Assembly: GCA_963773065.1 (NCBI GenBank) | Contig: CAVYZN010000011.1 | Coordinates: forward strand, 128,001 to 192,000 | Direction: 5' to 3' | DNA from: an uncultured Gammaproteobacteria bacterium | Lineage (GTDB): Bacteria; Pseudomonadota; Gammaproteobacteria; UBA9214 | DNA: 64,000 nt | Part shown: positions 31,475 through 43,241 of the stretch, one piece after another | Position numbering within the stretch: the first letter of the stretch is position 1 | Layout of the letters: every line of letters starts with the position of its first letter | Program-made: the position numbers and the translations under genes | The notes under the pieces: generated by a model | Seen by the model: only the letters and a program-made list of their open reading frames with translations | What the model was told of the DNA's origin: nothing | Database searches by the model: none

Positions 31475-32326
31475 TCAGGCATTGGCTTTCGCCGTGTTCA
31501 TGCGGCGTGAGTCCAGCCACATCTCCAGCAGAAAGGCGGCCGGCCCCACGATGAAGAGCGCATAGAAAGGCGCGTAGACGATCTGGAACAGGCGCAGCAC
31601 CATTTCCACCAGCGCTATCAGGAAGGCCACCACACACTGCCCGCGCTTGGAGCGCACCGTGGTTTTCGGGTCGGTGATCATGAAGAAGATGAAGAGCTGG
31701 TACATGGGCCCGGTGATGGGCGCGACCTCGGCCTGCCAGGGGTGGCCGGTAATCCAACTGCGCAGCAAGGCGAACGCCAGGAACGAGACCACATAGGTGC
31801 CCGTGATGTTGAAACGGTGGACACGCCAGATGATGACCGAGCCCAGCACCCAGATCACCAGCATCGGCCAGACGTTGTTGCCCCATTGAATGCTCAGAGT
31901 GGCTACCGTCTCGGGCGCCAGCAACAGCAGCGCGGAAATGCCGAAATTGGACGGGTTCCAGATGTGGCGATTGTCGATCCGCAAGACATACTTCGACGTG
32001 ATCGAAATCAGACTGCAGAGCGCATACGGCCAGAACGCGGGCGAACGCACCAGTATGCCCACGCTGATTCCCGTGATGTACGCGCTGGCGGGGTTGAGCC
32101 ACTTCTGAAAAAAGAGGCGTCCCAACGCCAGCTCCGCCGCAATGCTCACGGCTATCGCCAGCGCGGTTTTCTGGTAGCTCTCCAGGATGCCGAACGACAG
32201 ATGGCCCACCAGCAGGATGCAGCTTATGAAAATGGGGGCAAGGTAGCGGTTCTCGGCGCTGATCCAGCGTTTCTTCGGGGCTGCCGCCGAGGGTGGCGGG
32301 GCGACGGGCGTAGCGAGTCGGCTCAT
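31475..32326 (-). CDS. RnfD/NqrB-like (UnbU-like) integral membrane protein
   Basis: SAYITGISV, SKYVLRIDNRHIWNPSNFG, LFIFFMITDPKTT. Confidence 0.75.
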   Translation of the reverse strand: MSRLATPVAPPPSAAAPKKRWISAENRYLAPIFISCILLVGHLSFGILESYQKTALAIAVSIAAELALGRLFFQKWLNPASAYITGISVGILVRSPAFWPYALCSLISITSKYVLRIDNRHIWNPSNFGISALLLLAPETVATLSIQWGNNVWPMLVIWVLGSVIIWRVHRFNITGTYVVSFLAFALLRSWITGHPWQAEVAPITGPMYQLFIFFMITDPKTTVRSKRGQCVVAFLIALVEMVLRLFQIVYAPFYALFIVGPAAFLLEMWLDSRRMNTAKANA

Positions 32327-34120
32327 GCGGGTTCCTTTATCGTGTGCACCCGGCCGGCGGCGGGTTTTTCCAGGGTCTGCACTTTTCCGGATGGCCAGCG
32401 GATGACCGCTTTCTCAAGCCGCGGATTCCTGCCCAGCCCAAAGTGCAGGCGTCGCTGATTCTGCGAGCAGAAGCCGCTGCCTCCCGAGACCTCTTGCGCC
32501 TGCTGCTGGCCATTCCAGTACACGGCCACCCGGGCGCCGATCGCGCTGCGATTGCTCGCGGTTCCCTCCAGGTCGAATTCGATCCACTGGTTCTCCGGCG
32601 CCACCGTATTCCGGTAAACCAGCAACGGCCCGCGTTGATTGGCGACCACGACATCGAGAACCCCGCGGTTCCACAAGTCCACGAAGGCCACCGAGCGGCC
32701 GTCGTGGGTGTCGCTGACCCCGACCGTCCGGGCCACATCCACGAACTTGCCGGCGCCATCATTCAACCACACCCGCTTCTGCTGATAGCCCGATAAACTG
32801 CGGCCATCCATGGGCGGCCAGTTTCTGGCGTCGGCAATGATGGCGCGATTGCCGCCCGCCACCTTGGAGAAGTCGTACCAGTAATTGCGATGGTGGTCGA
32901 GCGAGACGTAGCCGTTGGTCACGTAAAGATCCAGCGTGCCGTCGTTGTTCAGGTCGCCAAACTGCGCGCCGAAGCTCCAGCCGCCGCGCTCCACGCCCAG
33001 TTCGCGGGCGAGGTTTTCATACTCGAGCGCGCCATCCGCCGTTCCTTCCCGCGGCACCCACAGGTTATTCCCCTGGATCAGGACGCCATCCTCCGAAATG
33101 TTCGAGACATACACGGCGAAACTGCCCCGGTTGAAAATGTCTCCGAAGGCGACGTTCATCCCGCTTTTGGGCGCAAAGCCCACGCCCGTTTGTTCGCCCG
33201 CCTCGCGGAAGCGGTTCCCGTCGTTGAGGTAGAGTTCGGACACGCCATAGTCATTGGCGACGAAAAGGTCCGGACGGCCGGTGCCGCGCAGGTCCGCCGC
33301 CGCGGCGGCCAACGCCCAGCGCCGGCTGTTGATGCCCATCCTCGCGGTGACATCCTCGAATTTTCCGTTGCCGAGATTGTGCAGCAGATATTTCCGCCCG
33401 CCGTTATTGGCGTACTCGAAACTCTCCGGCATGATCCGCGTCGTCTTGAGATGCCAGAGATCGATAGCTTCGGCATAGTAACCGCCGATGAAAAGGTCCA
33501 GCAGCCCGTCGTTGTCGTAATCGAACCAGACGGCGGTGTTCGCGTTGACCCAGGCGGGCAAGCCCGCCTGCTCGGTCACGCGCGTGAAGCCCTTGCCGCG
33601 GTCGTTGTGGAACAGCTCGGGGCGGCCCCACTTGTAGAGGAAGACGTCCTCGTAGCCATCGTTGTCATAATCGCCCCAGACCGCGCCCATCGAAACCCCC
33701 GTGCCGGGCTGGTTGACGTCGGCGATGCCCAATTCGCCCGCCACATCCTTGAAGGTGCCGTCACCGAGGTTGCGGTAAAGGGCGTTTTGGCTGCCCTCGC
33801 CGCTGTTGGTGACGTAGATGTCGGGCCAGCCGTCGCGGTCAAAATCGGCGATCGAGACGGCCGCGCCCATCGAGGCGACTTGCGGCATGATGTGGTCAAG
33901 CCGGTGATCGAGTGCGGGACCCTGGTGTACAAAATCGATGCCGGCCGCATGGGAGACCTCTTCGAAATAGAAACCATGGCGGGCGAGCGCGGCCTGGGTG
34001 TCCAGCGTCCGGTGCGGCGGATTCCTGCTGCAAGGACAGGCGCTTCATCACCAGCGGGCTCGCCAGCAACCCGAGGAAGAAAACGGCCAGCAGAATTCTG
34101 GCGAGCGGGCCCCGTGTCAT
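32323..34120 (-). CDS. CRTAC1/ASPIC-UnbV family FG-GAP repeat protein; 5' frameshifts
   Basis: Repeated DFDRDGWPDIYVTN / DYDNDGLLDLF motifs; C-terminal NRSAIGARV...GGSGFCSQ..LHFGLG...IRWPSG. Confidence 0.88.
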
Positions 34121-37100
34121 TGGTAGGCTGCGCTTCTCAATGCGTTCTTGAAAACTTCCGGCGTTACGTAACGCGTGTGGTACGTCTGCCAGTCCTGGGG
34201 ATGGTGACGGTAGGTCCACTCATCCTCGAGTCGGCCGGGCGGCGTGTCATACACGTCCTGGGCGTGATACGGCAACGGCAGCACGGTCTTGGAGAAGGTG
34301 GAGTTGTAATCTCCATCCTTGATCCAGCCATCGCCGAGGATCACGAAATCGCGCACCCAGCCCTCGGGCGGCGGCGCCTGCTCGGTGAAACGCAGCGCCA
34401 TCTCGTCCCCCGAGTTCACGATGACGTAGCGGTCATCCACCTGCGCCAGCAATTCCCGCACATCGCCGTAGCGGGTGTAGTAGCCGATCAGGTCGCGCCA
34501 GCGCTGTTTCGATCCCTCCAGGCGATGGTAATCCGGCACTTCCGGCGCGCCGCTGTCCGGGCGATGGATGACCGAGTAGCCGCGGTAGCGCAGGTCGGCC
34601 GCGGAGGGACTCAAACGCGCCGTCTTCACCGGGGCCTCGGGCAGGCCGCTCGCCCACTGGATGGCATCCCAATAAATCTCCAGGTTGGTCCGTATCCGCA
34701 CGCTTCGGTGCGTGCCGGGGCGAAACACGTTGGTCAGGTCGAAAAGCACGGTCTTCTTGCGGCCCGCCGGAAATCCCAGGTCGGATAGCGCAACCGTCCA
34801 TCCGCCGTGCCCGTCGGGCACCTCGAGACTCATGCCGCGCGCCTGCCAGCGGCGCCCTTGAGTGATGGCGACATTGATGGACGAGTCGGTATCGTGGATC
34901 GAGCCTTGCGCGATCAAATAGAGCGGCCCCTCCTTGGGCGCCTCGTCACCCAGATCGATTTCCACGTAATGATCGCGGGTCACACCCTGATATTGTCCGC
35001 GCCCGAAATTCTCCAGGGCCTTCCCATCGAGGGCGCCGAGCAGGTCCGTCACATCGTGGCCGTAGTCGTCCACCGCGCGCGCGATCGCGTGCGGTGTCGT
35101 CCACGACGGTAAAACCGGGTTTTTGCGGCGGAATCACGAAGCGCTCATCCACGAAGATTTCCGTTCCGATCGGGTGATCCACGGCCATGAGCGCCAGATA
35201 ATCGTAATAGTAGGTCTCCCATAATTCCGCCGTAATGCGCACATCATAATAGCCGTCATGCGGCGCCAGTTGATCGCGTCCGATCTTGTACCACTCCACG
35301 GTCGTTGCCACGCGCGGCGCGCCCAGGGTATTGATGCGCAAACCGATGGCGGAGCCCCACGGCACCGCATCCTTGACAAACGCCATCTCCTTTCCATTAT
35401 AGGCAAACAGGAACGGACACGAGGCCTTGACCCGCTGCTCGGTCACGACATCCTGATCGCCTTTCACGGCAAACTCGGCCCGCACCGTGCCATTCGGCCA
35501 GACCACCCGCACCACATCGGAGCCGGTCTGTTCCCCTAAACCGAAATGAAGCTGCGGCCCGGTGATGGCTTGTTTCTGCAGCAGCAGACCGGAACGTATT
35601 TCGATTTCGCCGCCAACGCCGAAGGGATTGATGCGCTGGTCGCCAACGGCCTGCACGGCGTGCGGGCGGACGATCTGCCAGTGGTAGTTCTTCGAGCCGT
35701 GGTTGATGGCCTGAACCGCCTGGCGGTCTGCCGTGAGGCCGAGTAGATCAAGCCGGCCGTCGCCGTTGACGTCCGCCGCGTCGAAGACCAGCGCCGGGCC
35801 GGACGGGTGCTCCAGCGCCACGAAACGGCCCTGGTCATCGCCGAGCCAGATCCAGGCGCCGGTTGCGCCCGGCTCGGCGGCTGGCGCGACCGGGGCCAGA
35901 ATCAGGTCGAGCGCGCCGTTGTTGTCCAGATCGGCGACTCGCAACCGGACCTCGCCCGCGAGGCGGCGTTCCGCATCCGGCACGCGGGCGATCTCTGCCA
36001 GCTCCCAGCTTTGTCCTTCGTTCCTGTCGGAGAGCCGGACGAGCCCGCCGTCCGCCTGCAGCGCCAGCAGGTCGAGCAGGCCGTCGTTATCCGCATCCGC
36101 GACGGTGATCGTCTTGACGGCCGGAAAATTCGCGGGCAGGGAACGCTCGCGGAACTCTCCGGTGCGCTCGTTGCTGAAGACGTGAAGCCTGCCCGAACCG
36201 TCGATCAGAGCCGCGTCGGGGTCGCCGTCCCCGTCGAAATCGGCCCACGCAAAGCCCCGCAGGCCGGAGACGCCGGCAAAGGGATGAATCACCGTGAACG
36301 TGTCATCGCCATTGTTTCTCAGCACCGTCGGAACGGCGCTTTTCGCACCCGCCACGATATCCAGATCGCCATCGGCCTCGATGTCGACGGCCCACGCCCC
36401 GGTGTAGCCGGAGTCGGTTACCGCTTGCGGCAACGTCGTCTTTGCCGTGACGTCGGTGAAGGCGTTCGGACTCTCCTGCCGCCACAAGCGGACTCCGCCG
36501 GCTCCGGCTAGCACCAGATCGTTTTTTAAATCGTAGTTGAAGTCGATGGGCAAAATGCCTTCAGGCGATAGGCGGAACGCCGGCCGGCCCGCCCGGAAAC
36601 GAAACGCTCGCGCCGGTGGACAAACGCAGCTCGCGGCCATTTGCCGCCGCGATAGCGGGCGCGCCCGCGATCCCCAGCGAAATGGCGCCTAGCCAATCCC
36701 AACGGCTGTCCCCCCAGTTGGCCAGTGGCTCGGGATTGAAGGCAATCGTTCCATCCGCCGTTGCGGGTTTGAAGACCGGTGATTCCAGCGCGAGAAAATG
36801 AGTGAACGGCTGGGCTTCCTCTCCCTGCGGCGCCTGGATGGCCGCCAGGCTTTGGCGATAGTCGGAAACACGCATCAACACGTTGCGCAAATAAATTGTT
36901 TTCGTGGCGGCGAGGCGCAGGTCAGCGCCGCCAGCCGCCGCCTGCAGGGCAACAAGCTGCTGTTGCACTTCCGGCGGCCATGCCGGGGACCGCGCGTCAA
37001 GTCGTGCTAGCACGGATTTGAGCGTACCGGCGTCTCCGCGTTTCGCGGCAATGCGCCCCAACTCGAGCAATGCCGCCAGATTGTCCGGCTGCGCCGCGAG

Positions 37101-37625
37101 TATCTTCTCGATCACCTTCTGGGATTCCGCCGCGCTGTTTTCGGCTCCCTGCCGCTCGATTTCCTGGGCGAGCTGGTAAGCCGCCCGCAAGTTTTGCGGA
37201 TTCAACTCCGTCGCTTTGCGGAAGTCGGCAATCGCTTCCGCGAGATTGCCACGATAGCTCTCGAGCATTCCCAGGAGATAATAAATCCGGTCATTTTGCG
37301 GAGCCAGATCGCGCGCCCGTTGAAGTCGTTGCGCCGCCAGATCATAGTTTGCCTGACGCAGCGCCAACACTCCCCAGTTGGCCCAGCCTGCGGGCTCATC
37401 CGGCACAAGCCGGGTCGCTTCGGCGAGCTTGTCTTCGGCGTAGCTGTCATGGCCGACCTGCAGCGCCGCCAGGCCGACGTAGAATGCGGACACAACGTCG
37501 TCGTAGGCTTTCGAACCTCGTTCGGGCAGCTTGGCGCGTGTGTGGCACCCGGCAAACACGGCTGCCAGCAGTCCAATGAGAACGAAGCTTAAGGCCCGTT
37601 GAAAACCGCTGGCTTGGCTAAACAT
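34117..37625 (-). CDS. Large lipoprotein: TPR + FG-GAP propeller + ASPIC/UnbV + C-terminal domain; frameshifts near 36580 and 35085
   Basis: Lipobox VFAG-C; TPRs; DxDxDG repeats; LHFGLG..VVWPNG; SCPFLFAYNG; GWIKDGD; joins ORFs 36561, 34946, 34117. Confidence 0.8.
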
Positions 37626-37863
37626 GGCGGGACGGTTCGCGATAGTGCGGGCTGAAAATTACATCATCGATTAACTCCAGGCGTCAATGCTCTCTTTTAC
37701 CTGGCTTTCTGGAATGGTCGCGAGAGTCGTTACTTCATGGCGGCGGGAGGGCGGCCGGGAACGTAATTCGGGAGGATAGCGTTGTGAGCATCCCCCTGAG
37801 CAAGCCGCCGTTTGATGCGATCTGCACGAGGTTTGCTAGTTCTTAGTATTCGAAAAGAATTTT

Positions 37864-37950
37864 TGGTGCCGAGGAGAGGACTTGAACCTCCACGGGGTTA
37901 CCCCCACTAGCACCTGAAGCTAGCGCGTCTACCAATTCCGCCACCACGGC
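37864..37950 (-). tRNA. tRNA-Leu(CAG)
   Basis: GCCGTGGTGGCGGAATTGGTAGACGCG..., anticodon arm CTAGC-TTCAGGT-GCTAG, long variable arm, GGTTCAAGTCC, 3' ACCA. Confidence 0.95.
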
Positions 37951-38082
37951 CGTGCTGATTGCGCAGCGGGATTTGAGCGTATCCCGTGCAGCCGCGAACT
38001 GTACCCGCTGATATACTGCTTGTCAATTTGCGGCTCGCGCCCGCACTATAGCCGTTTATAAAAGGAGTAAAATCGCGATCAA

Positions 38083-40398
38083 ATGAGAAAAAAACAGACA
38101 TCCGGCGCCGGTGGGCCGCCACGGCCCGATCCCCAGGCGCAGCGTGAGGCGTTGCGCTACGAAAAGCCTATAGCCAGCCGCGAATTCATCCTGCAGGTCA
38201 TCACCGCGGCGGACCGCCCGGTCAGTCAGGAAGGCCTGGCCGAACTGCTGGGCCTGCGCGAGGAGGATGACCTTGAAGCCCTGCGCCGCCGCCTGAACGC
38301 CATGGTCCGGGACGGCCAATTGGTGCGCAACCGGCGCGACTGCTATGCCCTGGCGGACCAGTTCGACCTGATACCGGGCCGGGTGATTACCCATCCGGAC
38401 GGCTTCGGCTTCCTCGTGCCGGACGCCGGCGGCGAGGACGTGTATCTCTCCGCGCGCACCATGAACGCCGTGTTTCACAATGACCGGGTCATGGTGCGCA
38501 TCACCGGCACGGACCGCCGCGGCCGCCGCGAAGGCGATGTGGTCGAGGTCCTGCAACGCAATACCCACCGCGTGGTCGGCCGTTTCCGCCGCGAGAGCGG
38601 CGTCAGTTTCGTGGTGCCCGACAACAAGCGGATCACGCATGATATCGCCGTGCCGGAGCAGCAGACCGGCGGCGCGGCGCACGGGCAGATCGTCACCGTC
38701 GAAATCATCGAGCAGCCCGCGAAGCATGCCCGTCCGGTCGGCCGCGTCGTCGAGGTGCTGGGCGAGCACATGGCGCCGGGGATGGAGATCGATATCGCGA
38801 TCCGCAGCTATGACATCCCCGAGGCCTGGCCGGAGGCCGTTGCCGCGGAAATCCAGGCATTCGGGACCGGAGTGCCGGAGGCCGCGAGTGAAGGGCGGAC
38901 CGACCTGCGCGACCTGCCCCTGGTGACCATCGACGGCGAGGACGCGCGCGACTTCGATGATGCCGTGTACTGCGAGCGCACGCCGAGCGGCTGGCGGCTG
39001 ATCGTCGCCATCGCCGATGTCTCGCACTATGTGCAGTCCGGCACGGCGCTCGACCGGGAGGCGGAGAACCGCGGCAATTCCGTCTATTTTCCGGAGCGGG
39101 TGATCCCCATGCTGCCGGAAGTCCTGTCGAACGGCCTGTGTTCCCTCAATCCCGAGGTCGACCGCCTGTGCATGGCCTGCGAGATGCATATCAGCGCGGA
39201 AGGCAAGATCGCCCGCTCGCGCTTCATCGAGGGCGTGATGCGCTCGCAGGCGCGGCTGACCTATACCGAGGCGGCCGCCATGGTCGTGGAGAACGACAAG
39301 CCGACGCGCAACAAGTACCAGGCGCTGGTGCCGCACCTCGAGGAGTTGTACCGGCTCTACCAGGTTCTGCGCCGGGCACGCGAGGAACGCGGCGCCATCG
39401 ACTTCGAATCCACCGAGACCCGCATCGTGTTCGGCGCCGGGCGCAAGATCGAGCGCATCGTCCCGCTGGTGCGCAATGACGCCCACAAGCTCATCGAGGA
39501 GTGCATGATCGCCGCCAATGTGGCGTCCGCGCGCTTCCTGGTCAGGCACAAAATGCCGACGCTGTTCCGCGTGCACGGCGCCCCGGATGCGGACAAGGTG
39601 GAGGAGGTGCGCGAGTTCCTCAAGGAACTCGGACTGCCGCTCTCCGGCCGCAGGCAACCCGAGGCCGGGGATTATGCCAGCCTGCTGGAGAAGGTCCGCG
39701 GCCGGCCGGATGAGCATCTGATCAATACCGTGTTGCTGCGCTCGCTGCCGCGCGCCGAGTACAGCCCGCACAATATCGGTCATTTCGGGCTGGCGCAGGA
39801 CAAGTACCTGCACTTCACCTCGCCGATCCGCCGTTACCCGGACTTGCTGGTGCACCGGGCCATACGCCATGTGCTCTCGGGCGGCAAGGCGGAGGAGTTC
39901 GTTTACGACAACACCAACATGCAGGTATTCGGCGACCGCTGCTCGCTGACGGAACGGCGCGCCGATGATGCCACCCGCGACGCGGTGGACTGGCTGAAGT
40001 GCGAATACATGCTCGACAAGGTCGGCGAGACCTACGCGGGAATCATCAGCAGCGTGACCTCCTTCGGCATCTTCGTCGAATTGCAGGAGATCTATGTCGA
40101 GGGCCTGGTGCATGTCACGGCGCTGGGCAATGACTACTACCACTACGACCCGGCCAGGCACCGTTTGATCGGGGAGCGCAGCAACAGGATCTACCGCCTG
40201 GCTGACGAGGTCGTCGTCAAGGTGGTCCAGGTGAATCTCGACGAGCGCAAGATCGATTTCGAGCTGGTGCAGAAGCAATCGGTCCTGGACAAGCGCAGGA
40301 GCCGGGGCAAGGGGAAATCCTCGTACCCGGCGCACGCGGCGATGAACCTGCCTCTACCTTGCCTGCTCCGGCTGGTTCATGCCGGCAGTGCCCCTTGA
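38083..40398 (+). CDS. rnr: Ribonuclease R (true stop probably 40345 after a terminal frameshift)
   Basis: HPDGFGF, TIDGEDARDFDDA, HFTSPIRRYPDL, S1 domain. Confidence 0.96.
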   Translation: MRKKQTSGAGGPPRPDPQAQREALRYEKPIASREFILQVITAADRPVSQEGLAELLGLREEDDLEALRRRLNAMVRDGQLVRNRRDCYALADQFDLIPGRVITHPDGFGFLVPDAGGEDVYLSARTMNAVFHNDRVMVRITGTDRRGRREGDVVEVLQRNTHRVVGRFRRESGVSFVVPDNKRITHDIAVPEQQTGGAAHGQIVTVEIIEQPAKHARPVGRVVEVLGEHMAPGMEIDIAIRSYDIPEAWPEAVAAEIQAFGTGVPEAASEGRTDLRDLPLVTIDGEDARDFDDAVYCERTPSGWRLIVAIADVSHYVQSGTALDREAENRGNSVYFPERVIPMLPEVLSNGLCSLNPEVDRLCMACEMHISAEGKIARSRFIEGVMRSQARLTYTEAAAMVVENDKPTRNKYQALVPHLEELYRLYQVLRRAREERGAIDFESTETRIVFGAGRKIERIVPLVRNDAHKLIEECMIAANVASARFLVRHKMPTLFRVHGAPDADKVEEVREFLKELGLPLSGRRQPEAGDYASLLEKVRGRPDEHLINTVLLRSLPRAEYSPHNIGHFGLAQDKYLHFTSPIRRYPDLLVHRAIRHVLSGGKAEEFVYDNTNMQVFGDRCSLTERRADDATRDAVDWLKCEYMLDKVGETYAGIISSVTSFGIFVELQEIYVEGLVHVTALGNDYYHYDPARHRLIGERSNRIYRLADEVVVKVVQVNLDERKIDFELVQKQSVLDKRRSRGKGKSSYPAHAAMNLPLPCLLRLVHAGSAP

Positions 40399-41146
40399 TG
40401 ACGCCGGAGGAATATGCCTACGGCCTGCACCCGGTCGAAAGCCTGATTGCGACGCACCCGGAACAGGTCCGCGAGATCAGCGTTGCCGCCGGCCGGCATG
40501 ACCGGCGTCTGGCGACGCTGATTGCCGCGGCGGAGGCACGCGGCATTGCGGTGCGCAGCCTGCACGGCGGGGAACTCGACCGGCTGCTGCCCGGCGCACG
40601 CCATCAGGGCGTCATCGCGACGCTCGCGCCGCAGCCCCAGGAAGGCAGGCGCGAGCAGGACCTGGCGGCGTTTCTGGCCGGCCTCGACGCCCGGCTTTCC
40701 TGCTGGTCCTCGATGGCGTCCAGGACCCGCACAATCTGGGCGCCTGCCTGCGCACCGCGGATGCGGCCGGCGTGCAGGCCGTGATCATGCCGCGTGACCG
40801 CGCCGCCGGGATCACCCCGGTGGTGCGCAAGGTCGCCTGCGGGGCGGCGGAGACGGTCCCGGTATTCACGGTGACCAACCTGGCGCGCAGCCTGCGCGTG
40901 CTGAAGGAGAACGGCGTCTGGATCTGCGGCGCCAGCGATGACGCCGACAGGACGCTCTACGACGCCGACCTGCGCGGACCGCTGGCGCTGGTGCTGGGCG
41001 GTGAAGGGAAGGGGCTTAGGCGGCTGACGCGCGAACTCTGCGACTATCTGGTGGCGATCCCCATGGCCGGGCGGGTGGAGAGCCTCAACGTCTCGGTGGC
41101 GGCGGGCGTCTTGCTCTACGAAGCGCGCCGCCAGCGCGGCGGCTGA
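40398..41146 (+). CDS. rlmB: 23S rRNA (Gm2251) methyltransferase RlmB; frameshift near 40695
   Basis: [38 protein letters not shown]; follows rnr. Confidence 0.93.
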
Positions 41147-41164
41147 TGTTGTTGCAAAAAATAT

Positions 41165-41325
41165 TCACCGCAGAGACGCAAAGAACGCAGAGAGAACAAT
41201 TGCTTAAAAACACACACAAGATTTTCATCACATCACTATTGACCGACCCATCGCTGCGTTCACAGTAATTATGCAGATTTTCTCTGCGTTCTTTGCGTCG
41301 TTCTTTGCGTCTTTGGGTCTTTGCA
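41165..41325. repeat. CACCGCAGAGACGCA-type inverted-repeat element
   Basis: TCACCGCAGAGACGCAAAGAACGCAGAG ... CTCTGCGTTCTTTGCGTCGTTCTTTGCGTCTTTGGGTCTTTGCAG. Confidence 0.7.
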
Positions 41326-41502
41326 GTTGATTTGGTTTTTACGCCCCGATGGCCCGCCCCAGCGCGACGCAAGCCGGTATCCGCCGGCGGGCAATTGCAT
41401 CCGCCGCGGCCCTCACGTAAAATGCGCCACCTTCCAACAAACTGATTTTCAACTCCTTGCCTTTCGCGCCAACGGAAGGCTGCCAATCCATAAGGGGTCT
41501 AC

Positions 41503-41925
41503 ATGAGACATTACGAAGTCGTGTTTCTGGTCCACCCTGACCAGAGCGAGCAGGTGCCTGCCATGATCGAACGCTATCGCGCGACCATCGAGTCCGGCGG
41601 CGGCGCGATCCATCGTCTGGAAGACTGGGGACGGCGCCAGCTTGCCTATCCGATCCAGAAAATGCACAAGGCCCATTATGTGCTGATGAATATCGAGTGC
41701 AACACCGACACGCTCGAGGAATTGGCCAGCGCGTTTCGCTTCAACGACGCGGTGCTGCGCAATATATTCATCAACCGCAAGGATGCCGTCACCGAGCCTT
41801 CACCGCTGATGAGAAAACCGGAGGAGCGGCGCGAGCGCAGCGCACGCGAGGATCTGGATGACTCCGCGGAGATGGCGGACGAGGAAGATGAGGCAGAGGA
41901 TATCGAAGCCGGGGACGGATCATAA
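41503..41925 (+). CDS. rpsF: 30S ribosomal protein S6
   Basis: [30 protein letters not shown]. Confidence 0.98.
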   Translation: MRHYEVVFLVHPDQSEQVPAMIERYRATIESGGGAIHRLEDWGRRQLAYPIQKMHKAHYVLMNIECNTDTLEELASAFRFNDAVLRNIFINRKDAVTEPSPLMRKPEERRERSAREDLDDSAEMADEEDEAEDIEAGDGS

Positions 41926-42001
41926 GCCTGCCTGCGGGTCCACATGGCTCCTCCGCAAATCCTGACCAGTTCATACACGAGATTCTGAAAAGGTATACAC
42001 A

Positions 42002-42226
42002 ATGGCCCGTTATTTTCGTCGTCGCAAGTTCTGCAAGTTTACCGCCGAGGGTATCGAGGAAATCGACTACAAGGACATCAATCTGCTGAGGCAGTACGTT
42101 ACCGAGACCGGCAAGATTGTGCCCAGCCGCATTACCGGCACCAAGGCGAAGTATCAGCGCCAGTTATCGACGGCCATCAAGCGTGCCCGCTACCTGGCGC
42201 TGCTGCCCTACTGCGACGCGCATTGA
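42002..42226 (+). CDS. rpsR: 30S ribosomal protein S18
   Basis: [29 protein letters not shown]. Confidence 0.98.
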   Translation: MARYFRRRKFCKFTAEGIEEIDYKDINLLRQYVTETGKIVPSRITGTKAKYQRQLSTAIKRARYLALLPYCDAH

Positions 42227-42284
42227 TCAGTTAAGGCCGGCACAGCGCATTATCTGACTGTGTCCTGACCAGGGGGTTCACGGC

Positions 42285-43211
42285 ATGAAGGCGCTGGCGG
42301 GTTTTATTGTCAGCGGACGCTTCCGGGCGATTCTGGCGGCGTCACTCTGCGGGATGCTGGCGTTCCTGCTGCCGCCCTTCAGCACGCTGACGAATTACCT
42401 GGGTGCGGCGGTTGTCTCCCTGGTGACCCTGCGTATCGGAGTGTCACAGGGGCTGCTGGTACTGGTGGCCGCGACGGCGGTTACCATGCTGTTTTATCGG
42501 TTCATGGGCGTGCCGGCGACAACCATCGCCGTCACCGTGATGCTGTTGTGGGTGCCGTGCTGGCTGATCAGTGGTGTGTTGAGGCGGACGGTGAGCCTGG
42601 CGAGCGCCATGCTCGCGGCGGCCGCAATCGGGGTCGCGGCGCTGATCGCTGTCTACGCGCTGGCGGGTGACCCCGCGCCATGGTGGCATGAACAACTGCT
42701 GCTGATCCGCTCGGCGCTCGAAGAGCGGGGTTTGTTGCCGCAAGATGCCTCGGTGGATGCGTTATTGCAGGACCTGTCCCGCCTGATGACGGGCTTGATC
42801 ATTGCCTCACTGGCGCTGGGCGCCGTGTGCAGCCTGCTGGCGGGGCGCTGGTGGCAGGCGCTGCTGGTCAATCCGGGCGGGCTGCACAGCGAGTTCTGCG
42901 GCCTGCGTTTCTGGCAGGCGACGGGATGGGTGGTGCTGGGCCTCATGATTTTTTCCCAGGTAACCCAGGGCCCGACCAGCGACATGGCGTCGCAGAGCGT
43001 CATGGTCATGCTGGTGCCTTATCTGTTTGCCGGCCTGGCCGTGTTGCATGATCTGGTTGCCCGGCAGGGTCGCGGCAAGGGCTGGTTGATTGCGGTCTAC
43101 GTACTGCTCGGCATTATTCCGCAGACGGCGCTGCTGCTGGCCGGACTTGGGTTGGTCGATACCTGGATTGATTTTCGCCGCCGCCTGGGCGGCGGCAAGC
43201 CAGGACGATGA
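42285..43211 (+). CDS. YybS/DUF2232-like membrane protein
   Basis: Multi-TM, RWWQALLVNPGG, C-terminal GLVDTWIDFRRR; typical position between rpsR and rplI. Confidence 0.75.
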   Translation: MKALAGFIVSGRFRAILAASLCGMLAFLLPPFSTLTNYLGAAVVSLVTLRIGVSQGLLVLVAATAVTMLFYRFMGVPATTIAVTVMLLWVPCWLISGVLRRTVSLASAMLAAAAIGVAALIAVYALAGDPAPWWHEQLLLIRSALEERGLLPQDASVDALLQDLSRLMTGLIIASLALGAVCSLLAGRWWQALLVNPGGLHSEFCGLRFWQATGWVVLGLMIFSQVTQGPTSDMASQSVMVMLVPYLFAGLAVLHDLVARQGRGKGWLIAVYVLLGIIPQTALLLAGLGLVDTWIDFRRRLGGGKPGR

Positions 43212-43241
43212 AATCGGAGATATCAGCTAGAGGTCGTTACG

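Noticed and set aside
31475-32326. Rnf/Nqr respiratory complex
   Set aside because: Only a stand-alone RnfD-like gene; no other subunits nearby.
38056-40335. Long antisense ORFs (759 aa opposite rnr; also 14947..16530, 26040..27485, 32890..34788, 49038..50483)
   Set aside because: Shadow ORFs from high-GC codon bias opposite well-supported genes; no recognisable motifs.
41925-42002. Missing priB between rpsF and rpsR
   Set aside because: Common in many gammaproteobacteria.
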